Source: Naegleria gruberi (lineage: Eukaryota). From it: DNA of 64,000 bases. Positions 13,401 through 22,903 of the stretch are shown piece by piece; the stretch's first letter is position 1, and every line of letters starts with the position of its first letter. The stretch lies in the NCBI GenBank assembly GCA_000004985.1, contig GG738848.1; one strand, given 5' to 3'. The notes below the pieces were generated by a model. That model searched no databases and was not told the origin of the DNA. It saw only the letters and a list, made by a program, of their open reading frames with translations. A program made the position numbers and the translations under genes.

Positions 13401-15695
13401 TTTCAATTCACATATCTAGAAATTCTCTATTCAAACCAAAGAATGCATTCTTGATCGTTTCTGCCTTTTTAATTATTATTGTTTCAGTGAGTTGTGGAAT
13501 TTACCTTGACCAAACTTTGGGTAATTCAACATACAGTTTTGAATCATACATTACAATGGAGGATGGTTTCGATACAATGACTCACTTGCAGTATGTTTCC
13601 TTTATTGGAACAGAGTATTTTTCACATGTAACAACAAGTATTGTCGGTTCTGAAACGTTACAGCTACTTGATGATGATGAAGTAGAAGCAATGGAGGACA
13701 AATTGTCTTATCTTACAAAGCAATTGAGATATTTTTGGAATCTGTGTATGTATGGTTCTTCAGTTAAGGCATATGAAACTCTTGTGGTTGGTATGTTCCC
13801 AGAGACTGATCAAATGATTAGAGGTTCTGTGAATTGTACTGTTGAAAAGTTGTCTGAAACCTATATTGCTGGAGGTAACAATTCCACAACATGTGAAATG
13901 GGCATTGACTATATGGTACAAGATACCATTCTAATGATTTACAAAATGGTTCAAGATTTGGAAGGTGTTCATCATTCCAAGGGTAAAACATCAATATCCA
14001 CTCTGATTGATTTATTGAATGATTATTTTAAAATCAATTATATGACCAAGACCATTTCCTTAAAGTTAATTGAATTTTCCAACATTTTTGCTGTCAAGTC
14101 ATCAACTCCTCTATTGAACAACATGATTGGTCTGGCAGTGGTTGGATTTGCAAGTAACATAATTTGTGCCATATTAATGTTCCTCTTGTTGAATAATCAT
14201 AGAAGAAGTGCATTTGCAATGAGAGGTTTATTCAACTATCTTTCCATTGATACATTGGAGAATAATGAGAAATTGAGAAACTATGCTCTATACCATACTC
14301 TTGGAGACAATGTACTTTCTAAGCTCAAGACAAAGAAACAAACTCAAAACGGAGAAGATGCTAAAGTCAGATCCATTTTGAATGCTGCTGTTGATGGTGT
14401 TGTACTTTGCTCTAGCTCTGCAAGTATTGATATTTTCAATCCAGCAGCTCAGAGAATGTTTGGTAATCAACAAGAAGATGTTATTGGCAAATACATTTTC
14501 ACTCTATTTGCACCACAGCATCATGGAGAAATTAGAAAATCAATTGAGGGAATGAAACATACTGTATCAGCCAATGATTCAAAGGGAGAAACCTTTGAAA
14601 TTGAATGTATAAGAAAGAATAATACTACATTCCCAGCTACGGTCAATATTTTCGTAACAATTTTCGACAAGAAACCAATCATTACTTGTTTTATCAAGGA
14701 TATTACTTCAGAGAAGAAGGTATGTATTTAATCAAGTAGTTATTTTAATTTACTTTTTACAATAATAGCACAATTCATTACTTGCTGAGGAAAAGAAGAA
14801 TTCAGAGACCTTATTGTTGAATATTTTGCCTGGAGCTGTTGCTTCGAAACTTAAATCTGGAGCATCTCTTATTGCAGAAAGATTCCCAGATGTAACTTGT
14901 TTCTTCTCAGACATGGTTGGATTTACATCACTCTCTTCCAAGTTGACTCCCAATGATCTAGTCCAAATGCTTAATAGTATTGTTATGGGATTTGATGATT
15001 TGATGGATAAATATCACTTGGAAAAGATTAAGACTATTGGTGATGCTTACTTTGCAGCAGGTGGTTTGCATGATTTGAATGCTCAATCTGATCACCCGGA
15101 AAGAGTTTTGAGATTTGCTATTGATACCTTCTCTGTCATTAGAGCCTACAATTCTGAGCATAGAAAGGGAAGAGTAAATGAACAAATCAATATTAGAATT
15201 GGTATAAATACTGGACCAGTTGTAGCAGGTGTTATTGGTCGTAAGAAGTTTGCCTACGATTTATGGGGTGATTCAATTAATACAGCCTCAAGAATGGAAT
15301 CTAACAGCAAGCCTGGAAGAATTCAAATTTCACGTTCGACCTATGAGAGAGTTCACGATTTGGGATTCACCTTTGAAGAAAGAAAGATTGAAGTGAAAGG
15401 AAAAGGTTTAACTCAAACTTACTTACTAGATGCCAAACATCATCAATCTGCTGTACTAACAGAGGAGGAGCTTACTGTAACTATAACAACCAATCAAGAT
15501 CACTATCAAGATGCTGATATTGAGCTAGAAGAAAATGAGGAGAGTTACCTCGAATTGGAAAAAACACATTTAGAAAAACCAAGTTTGCCTGTTGGTCAAT
15601 CAATGACATTTGGAAGTGTCAGTGAAATGAGTGATGAGCCTAATCCAAAAACTATTCCAACGATTCCAACAATCACAACAACAGAATTTGAATAA
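10430..15695 (+). CDS. Multi-pass membrane protein with a PAS domain and a class III adenylate/guanylate cyclase catalytic domain; residues predict adenylate cyclase
   Basis: Exons 10430..14719 and 14769..15695, with a 49-nt GTATGT...TAG intron (1738 aa). There are many hydrophobic segments. PAS-like region: ILNAAVDGVVLCSSSASIDIFNPAAQRMFG...FIKDITSEKK. Cyclase domain: FFSDMVGFTSLS, EKIKTIGDAYFAAGG, IRIGINTGPVVAGVIG, YDLWGDSINTASRMES. Confidence 0.9.
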
Positions 15696-15704
15696 ATATT
15701 AGGT

Positions 15705-16917
15705 TTATCTTCTTCTTGTATTTGCATTGGTAGGAGCAGTATTTGGTTGACGAGGAAGTTGAGGTGGTGTTGGAGTAGGTCCTACAACCTCTTCTTCTTC
15801 CTCTGATTCATCATCAACACCATGCATGTTTCTAAATTCTGTATGAGTTGCCTTGTCGACTGTTGAACCAGTCACTTCCGTCAAAAAGTTCAGTATTTGA
15901 TCCATATCTAACAACTCCTTTCTTAGCCTAGATCCATGTTGATAAATGTACAAGGGAGTTGCACTTTCCTTTGTTTTCATACCTAGTTCATCCTTATTCT
16001 TTTCAATATAAAATTGTTTTTCAAATTGTTGGATAAGTTTTTCAGGTAATCCAAACACAGAGTGATAATGTCCTTTTTCAATTCCAAGTTTTAACAGTAA
16101 TTTCCACATTTCCTCTTCATCCAAACGATTCTTTCTTATTTGAATAAGACAGACAATTACCATCAATAATCCTATTTGTGACTGTTCAAGTCCCTCCAAA
16201 CTAAATTCACGTCTCTTACGTTGAATACTGTTCGAACTTGCTTGTTTCTTTTCCTTTTTAGACAGGTCTAATAGTGGCAAACCATCAAGGTCTGCTGGTA
16301 ATAATCGAAGAATATATATTCCTGAAGACTTTTTCTTTTGTTTTTGAGTTTGTGTAGCTTGGGTTGACTTGGTGTTAACATCAGCATTTGTGTCATGCCT
16401 ATCTATTTCAACTAATTCAAATCCAAATATTTTGATGAATCTTTGTGAGGCTTTTCCGAGTAAATTATCGAGCAACCCCTTTCTCCCCTTGTATTTTTCA
16501 CCAAGAACCGTTGCATTCAAATCTTCTTTTTTAATTGGTAATTTGTTTGCATCTTTGAACAAACAAAATCTCATCAGACTTCCAATTAAATGTTCCTCTT
16601 CCTGTTCTAATAAATTAAAATTGGGAGGCTCTTGTGTTGCTTTTGGTTTTTTAGCTCGTGGATTACTTTGTGTGGTTTTTCTCTTCCTATTATTTGATGG
16701 TACAACTTCAGCCTCTTCTTCCGAGTCATATGAATCATCTTCCTGTTGTTGTGACGCAAAACGTTGTGATGATTGCGATTGTGATGGTGGTATTACTTTT
16801 CTCTTAGGTGCCTACAATACATTGATCATCATTCCAAATAACAAATCATCAAAAAATTCGTATGTGAGTTTGCAAATTAATTTGAAAACGTTTTCTCAAA
16901 ACAAATAACGTACCATT
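15705..16917 (-). CDS. NSMCE3: MAGE-homology-domain protein (NSE3/NSMCE3-like, SMC5/6 complex subunit family)
   Basis: Exons 16917..16915 (ATG only) and 16811..15705, with a 102-nt GTACGT...TAG intron (369 aa). MAGE-like stretches: LMRFCLFKDANKLPIKKEDL, FGFELVEI, GLLMVIVCLIQIRKNRLDEEEMWKLLLKLGI, VFGLPEKLIQQFEKQFYIEK. The frame stays open for 79 codons upstream of the internal ATG at 16574. Confidence 0.75.
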
Positions 16918-16986
16918 TTTTTCCCAATTATTTTTAGAAATATTTTTGGAGGCAAATCAATTTTAAATTTTATTATTTTAAAAAAA
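16918..16986. promoter_or_regulatory. Putative 69-bp bidirectional promoter / shared 5' region between the NSE3-like (-) and peptidyl-tRNA hydrolase (+) genes
   Basis: The two divergent start codons (16917 minus, 16987 plus) are 69 bp apart. The spacer is almost entirely A/T, with A-runs abutting both ATGs. Confidence 0.4.
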
Positions 16987-17799
16987 ATGGCAAGCAATGT
17001 GCAAAAGCGTTTGGTTTTGATTGGCTTGGGAAATCCTGGTGATAAGTACAAGCTCACCCGACACAATATTGGTTGGATGATTGTTAATGAATTCATCAAG
17101 GAATATTCATTTCCGGCTTTGAGAGAATCTAACAATGATGCCATGTTGTCGCAGAGGGAAAATGTTTCGTTTTGGACACCTTCGGAATTGAGAAGAAGTT
17201 TTGTTGAGAAAGAAATTCAACGTTTGAGGAGTAAATGGTATCATGAAAAGAAGAGGGAATTAGGAGCTAATTTTGATGAAAATAATATTCAATATCCAAA
17301 CTTTGGAAATGCTGACATTGGTATGAAACAATTGGAGGATCGTGTGAAAAATATTATTGCTTATCCTACATTGGATGTTCACTGCATGTTACCATTATCT
17401 TTTATGAATTTGAGTGGTGGACCTGTCAAGAAATATTTGGATATGAATGGAATGAAAATTAATCAATTGGAGGATGTGAATAGAATTTTGGTTATTACCG
17501 ATGATGTTTCACAACCATTTGGAACATTTAAATTAAAAGCTAAGGGAACACATGGAGGACATAATGGACTCAGGGATATTGAAGCCAAGCTTGGAACTGA
17601 TAAATATCACAGACTTAAAGTTGGTATTGCTCCACTCAAAAATCCAGATATGGCCAAACAAGCAGGTCAAGATTTGGCCAGTTTTGTCTTGGGCAATTTC
17701 ACTCATGAAGAACAAAAAGACTTGCCAAAAGTCGTCTCTAGGGGTGTTGAAATTTTGAAAGACTACATTTCATTTGACTTCAAGTATGTCAAGACGTAA
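16987..17799 (+). CDS. PTH1: Peptidyl-tRNA hydrolase, bacterial PTH1 type
   Basis: Single ORF of 270 aa. Motifs: LVLIGLGNPGDKYKLTRHNIGW, PLSFMNLSGGPV, ITDDVSQPFGTFKLKAKGTHGGHNGLRDI, RLKVGIAP. It carries an internal insertion relative to bacterial Pth. Confidence 0.9.
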   Translation: MASNVQKRLVLIGLGNPGDKYKLTRHNIGWMIVNEFIKEYSFPALRESNNDAMLSQRENVSFWTPSELRRSFVEKEIQRLRSKWYHEKKRELGANFDENNIQYPNFGNADIGMKQLEDRVKNIIAYPTLDVHCMLPLSFMNLSGGPVKKYLDMNGMKINQLEDVNRILVITDDVSQPFGTFKLKAKGTHGGHNGLRDIEAKLGTDKYHRLKVGIAPLKNPDMAKQAGQDLASFVLGNFTHEEQKDLPKVVSRGVEILKDYISFDFKYVKT

Positions 17800-17843
17800 T
17801 TGAGTATCATTGTAAGCAAACTTCAACTTTCCACAATAAAAAA

Positions 17844-19288
17844 ATGCCTCCACGAAAAGCTTCCACACCTACATCAGCAGAGAAGAGAAAACGAGAAAAA
17901 CTCTCTTCGGGATTGAATTTGTCAGAGGAAGAAGCGAAAATGCTTGATCTTGCCATATCGGGTGGTATTAGCAACACATCACCATCTGGTAATCCAGTTA
18001 CACCAACAAAAAAGAGAAAATCAGAATCAACTAGCGAAAGAGCCTTGTTGGAAAGAAAGATGGTAGAGACTGCCAATGAATTAACCTCTCCAACAGCTTT
18101 ATCTTCTCCATCTTCTTCGGAGAAACGAGTTTTCAAAACCCCAACCCGATTGAACAAAAAAGTTGAGACTCCCTCCAGTAGTACTTCATCTAGTAGCACC
18201 ACCACTGCTTCTGCAAAATCTTCTCCAAAATCTTCTCCTCGTACTACACCAACTAAAACAACAACTCCAACAAGAACCACTTCAACTCCAACCACTCCAT
18301 CATTTAGTAGTGATGGATTTTATAGTGAGGAGCAAACTAGAGGTGGTGAGGATACAAATCAATTGAATGCTGTAGCACTGTTTGTGGAAAATGCTGCAGA
18401 TTTTCAATTTTCAGATACTCATGTAGCTTTTTTAAAGCTCAGACAGGAAATTCAAAACTCAATTCTGAGTTGTAAACATTTGATGAAATTTATTTTTCCT
18501 CCAATAATTTTAAAGCATTTACTTTACAATGAAAATGTAATTAGTGGACAAACACCAACTCAAATAGAACAAACTATTAATCAAATGATTGATACAAATG
18601 AAATAAGAAAATTCTACATTGACAGAAGTATTTACAGAGATATATTTGGATTTGTTTTTATGGAGGATTATATTAAAACTATGTGGATTCAACACGAGGT
18701 AAGTTAGTGGTAGTAGTTCAGCAGAAAATATTAAACCATTTAACCAAGACCTATATTAATAATTTAGAAAATACTTTGAACGAAGAGGATAAATCAAGAT
18801 TACCAGTATTTCAGGAGGAAAGAAAGAAAGAAATTAAAAAATTGCTCAGTGCTTCTAGAATTAATGAACTGAAAGATATTGTCAAGAAATTCTGTGAGCT
18901 TGTATTACCAATGATAAAAGAACCTTTCATTGAGAAGAGAGATTTAATCGATTTACTTTTCGAAGAAAATGATTCAAAGCAAATCACTCATGATGAAGCC
19001 ATAACACACCTCATGTCACTAGGTGCCCTAACTATAAGAGATATTGAAAGTTTCTTCTTCTCCATACCAAACCTCTCTCAATTCATGTATTATCTACACA
19101 ATGGAAGAAAAGAAATATTGAATGTATTGAGGAGAAAGCAATTCAAAGAAATAATGGTAAACACCTTGCTTCAAAAAAATATTAGAAATACCATCTTCAA
19201 TCCAATGTTTCACATAAGGGATATGATTGGGGACGGAGATGTCACCGTAATCGACATCAATGGACAAGCTATGCTAAGGCTAAAATAG
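17844..19288 (+). CDS. STK19: STK19 (G11)-like winged-helix protein; the reading frame is interrupted near 18698
   Basis: ORFs 17844-18707 and 18683-19288 are offset by -1. The C-terminal half resembles STK19 as I recall it: ITHLMSLGALTIRDIESFFFSIPNLSQFMYYLHNGRKEILNVLRRKQFKEI...FHIRDMIGDGDVTVIDINGQAMLRL. The N-terminus is Ser/Thr/Pro/Lys-rich. See the finding on the frame break. Confidence 0.65.
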
Positions 19289-19650
19289 GGAAGCATTTTT
19301 GTTACAAATTTAGCCAACATTTACAAACTGGATGGAAATAATGTATTTATTTTAGTAACTTGGCAAATTAGTACCAAGTAACTACAGGTTGTTTTGGTAC
19401 TAATTCCTCAGTTCATACACTAATTAACCTGAGTGATTAAGATTCCACCAAATTACTGCTAGATATCGAATTAGGGCAAAGCGTACCCCTTGGTTGTCTT
19501 TCTGGTTGAAGGATTCTCCGTGTCTAACGATCATGAAGAAATAGTTTACTATTTTGAATAGAGAAATACTACAAAAAAAAACCGATCATATCTAGATATC
19601 ACACAACCACGGGTGAAAATTAGCTTCTAATCTATTTTTTTCACCAACAC

Positions 19651-22600
19651 ATGCCTTCGCCATCTCTTCTTGATAATCCTTTTCAAGCTGTGCAAAGCAC
19701 ATCTGCTTTGTACACAATCAATATTAGATCTTTCTTTCTTCAAAAGAGAGATCGAATTGTTTTCTTGTCAGTTGTGATCATACTACTAACTCTTATACTT
19801 CCGCTATATCATGATATTTATTATGAGAATAGTTTACTTTCAAATACAATATTTTGCACAAATAATTTAAATAATGAGAGGTCAAATCAAATATTTTCGA
19901 CTGATGAATGGTCTGATAGCATGCACTGCAATTCTTATGTTGCAAACCATCCATTCATCAAGAATTGTCAATTCTCTGACTATTTTCCTCAATTTTTAAG
20001 AAGCATTCCAAAGATTTATATAATTTTTGCTGAATACGCGATCAAATTTATAATTTACATGTTTCTGTTGATGATATATTGGAGATTTCATAATGTAATG
20101 AACAAGCTCTTCAAGTTTTTATTACTTAATGAAACAATAGAAATGGAAAATGAGGCAAGGCAGCAAAGAACCTCAGGGGAATCACATCATGTGTACCTGC
20201 TGTGTTCTGAAGTTTCTAGATGTTTGTGTTCATCAATTTGGATAATGAGTGTACAAATGGTGTTGGGAAGAAATGCTCCAGCTTTTTTATGGATTTTAGT
20301 ATATAGTTGTCTTGGTTCGGTTGCTCTAGAAATGAGTAAGAAGCCAAGTATCGATTCCAAACAACAAACACATGTGACGCCTCCACCTGAACGTTTGCCC
20401 ATGTACAGAAAAATATTTAACTTTTTAAGGAAACTAATAATAGGCACACATGCGACAACATACGTTACTATTACAGTAATGGTGATATGTGAGCTCTTTG
20501 TAATGATTTACTATTTGAAATATTCAGCTTCATTTTGCTCATGCGTTGTAGTTTCTATTCTTATTGTACAAGTAATGACTATTGAATTGATAGATTTTAT
20601 GAGAAATCACTCTATTGAGTTTGTACAACAACGAGAGATGCAAAGTATGAAAAAAGTAGCCAATTTATATAAGAATCTATACATGACAGCACCTGACACA
20701 TTTCTCTCATGTGTATGCGATAGTGATGATGTATTAGTAAGACCATCCGATACAAAGGTGGAATCAGCATACTTGTTTCTTCAGTCATTCAAGATTGTCC
20801 AATACAACAACACAGCAATAGATACACTTTCATGTGCTTCCTCACTCTCCATTAATCCTGATAATTATTATAATCATTCAGATCATGAAGTGACTCTTGG
20901 TGATGTGATTATTAATCCTTACAAAGAATCTGATGAGGTAATGAGAACAGCAGCACTTGGAGGAAATTTACTCAGTGTCAGCGATTTACAAAACTCTGCT
21001 GTGTTGAAGCTTGGTGAAGTGTTGCAGGATGTTATTCAATCACCTTTTGACCAAACATCTAAGCAAACACCAACTCACGAGAGAATCCTCCCCTTGTTTG
21101 TTAAAGGAAAAAATCAAACAATACTAACATGCTCTTTGAGTATATCAAAGATTTTGCTCTATGATATCGACTCTGCAGGTGAGGGAATGGTCTTTTTTAA
21201 TATCATTCTTCACGACATTACTCAAAAATACAAACTATTGGATGAAATCAATGTAGAAAAGGAGAAAGCTATTGAGGCCAACAAAGCAAAGAGTCAATTT
21301 TTAGCACAAATGTCGCACGAATTGCGAACTCCTCTTCATGGTATTATTGGCCTTACTGATGTGTTGCTATCAAAATGTAAAGAAGAAACAGAAAATGAGA
21401 AAAACTTGGACACGTTTGATAAGGCTGTAAATCTCAATAATATTTGCAAGGATAGCGCCACTATTGCATTTGTGGAAAGTGAAAAATCTCACTCACCAGT
21501 ATTGGAACAACAAACGAACATTATTCAGACAATAAGGTATAGTGGTAACATTTTACTAGGCCTTATTAATGACTTATTGGATATTTGCAAGATTGAATCC
21601 TCGAAAATCAAGTTGGAAAATAAGAAGTTCAATTTGAGACGTGCTATTGACCAAATTCATTGTGGAATGTTTCAATTACAAGCTAGAGAAAAATCATTAG
21701 AGTTCAATTTACAGCTCGGTGAGAATGTTCCAACTTTTATAGTTGGCGACGAGTATCGTCTTGTTCAAATCCTTATCAACCTGGTATACAATGCCATTAA
21801 ATTCACCGATATGGGATCAGTTTCTCTCATTATTGAGTCAAAACCACCATCTGAAGACAACGTTTATGAGCTTACATTTAAGGTAACTGATACTGGAATC
21901 GGAATTTCGCAACATGATTTGAAGAGATTGTTTCAACCCTTCTCTCAAATATTGAGCACTTCACACAAGCAGACCAAGATTAATGAAGGTACTGGCTTGG
22001 GTCTTTACATTTGCAAACAACTTGTCGAAATGATGAGAGGTACCTTGTGTGTTGATAGTGAGGAAGGCGTGGGAAGCACTTTCTGGTTTACCATTAAATT
22101 CCATGGTGAGTTTATTCCTGGCTTTGAAGAAACAACCCGCTCCAAGATACTTTCTAAGAATGTATCGTCTAAATCACTGCTATCCCTAGAAAATTGCAAG
22201 AAAAATGAGCTAACAACAGTTAGAACACCAACTATTGAGGATTTTGAATCAAGTTTACCAAAATTGAAAATTCTAATAGTTGAGGATAATGCAATCAATA
22301 GAATTGTTTTGATTAATATGTTGAAGAAAATTGGTTGTACAAATATTGCAGTGGCTCAAGATGGTTTGGAGGGTGTTCAACAATTTGAAGAATTTAAAAA
22401 GACCAATCAACTTTTTGATATAATTTTTGTTGACATTTTCATGCCTAGATTGGATGGTTATGGAACTGTAAGAAGAATACTGGAACTAGAATCCAACGAT
22501 CCTTCCGATCATCACTCGATTCTAGTAGCCCTGACAGCAAATGGGTTTGAGGAAACCAGAAATTATTGTCTAGAGCATGGATTTGATGTGTTTATGAGCA

Positions 22601-22680
22601 AGCCATTCTCAATTACTGATTTAGAGCAGTGTGTAACAAATTGCATGACCAGAATCCATCCAAGTAGTATAATTCCGTAA
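19651..22680 (+). CDS. Hybrid sensor histidine kinase: multi-TM N-terminus, HisKA, HATPase_c and a receiver domain
   Basis: Single ORF of 1009 aa. H-box FLAQMSHELRTPLHG. N-box LVQILINLVYNAIKFT. G1 VTDTGIGIS. G2 GTGLGLYICKQLVEMMRG. Receiver: KILIVEDNAINRIVL...IIFVDIFMPRLDG...LTANGFEE...FMSKP. Confidence 0.9.
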   Translation: MPSPSLLDNPFQAVQSTSALYTINIRSFFLQKRDRIVFLSVVIILLTLILPLYHDIYYENSLLSNTIFCTNNLNNERSNQIFSTDEWSDSMHCNSYVANHPFIKNCQFSDYFPQFLRSIPKIYIIFAEYAIKFIIYMFLLMIYWRFHNVMNKLFKFLLLNETIEMENEARQQRTSGESHHVYLLCSEVSRCLCSSIWIMSVQMVLGRNAPAFLWILVYSCLGSVALEMSKKPSIDSKQQTHVTPPPERLPMYRKIFNFLRKLIIGTHATTYVTITVMVICELFVMIYYLKYSASFCSCVVVSILIVQVMTIELIDFMRNHSIEFVQQREMQSMKKVANLYKNLYMTAPDTFLSCVCDSDDVLVRPSDTKVESAYLFLQSFKIVQYNNTAIDTLSCASSLSINPDNYYNHSDHEVTLGDVIINPYKESDEVMRTAALGGNLLSVSDLQNSAVLKLGEVLQDVIQSPFDQTSKQTPTHERILPLFVKGKNQTILTCSLSISKILLYDIDSAGEGMVFFNIILHDITQKYKLLDEINVEKEKAIEANKAKSQFLAQMSHELRTPLHGIIGLTDVLLSKCKEETENEKNLDTFDKAVNLNNICKDSATIAFVESEKSHSPVLEQQTNIIQTIRYSGNILLGLINDLLDICKIESSKIKLENKKFNLRRAIDQIHCGMFQLQAREKSLEFNLQLGENVPTFIVGDEYRLVQILINLVYNAIKFTDMGSVSLIIESKPPSEDNVYELTFKVTDTGIGISQHDLKRLFQPFSQILSTSHKQTKINEGTGLGLYICKQLVEMMRGTLCVDSEEGVGSTFWFTIKFHGEFIPGFEETTRSKILSKNVSSKSLLSLENCKKNELTTVRTPTIEDFESSLPKLKILIVEDNAINRIVLINMLKKIGCTNIAVAQDGLEGVQQFEEFKKTNQLFDIIFVDIFMPRLDGYGTVRRILELESNDPSDHHSILVALTANGFEETRNYCLEHGFDVFMSKPFSITDLEQCVTNCMTRIHPSSIIP

Positions 22681-22903
22681 ATTTATTTTTACAAAATTTC
22701 AGTCGGAAGTGATATTGAAGTTAAAATAATTCAGGCTGAATTACATCTCTTGACATTTAAAAACTCCAATTAGACACTTCAATGAAAGATGAAGTTTTTT
22801 GTCGGGCGCTATGTCGTTCGCTTAGTCGCAAACATGCCGCCAGTTGACTAGAACCGATCATTAAGAACTGCACCAATGTTAAATAATACAACATATCAAA
22901 AAA

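Noticed and set aside
16369-16908. Plus-strand ORF of 179 aa
   Set aside because: It is antisense to exon 2 of the NSE3/MAGE-like gene, whose minus-strand frame carries the recognisable domain.
17807-18295. Minus-strand ORF of 162 aa (MVGVEVVLVGVVV...)
   Set aside because: It is antisense to the Ser/Thr/Pro-rich N-terminus of the STK19-like gene. It is a low-complexity mirror translation with a non-ATG start.
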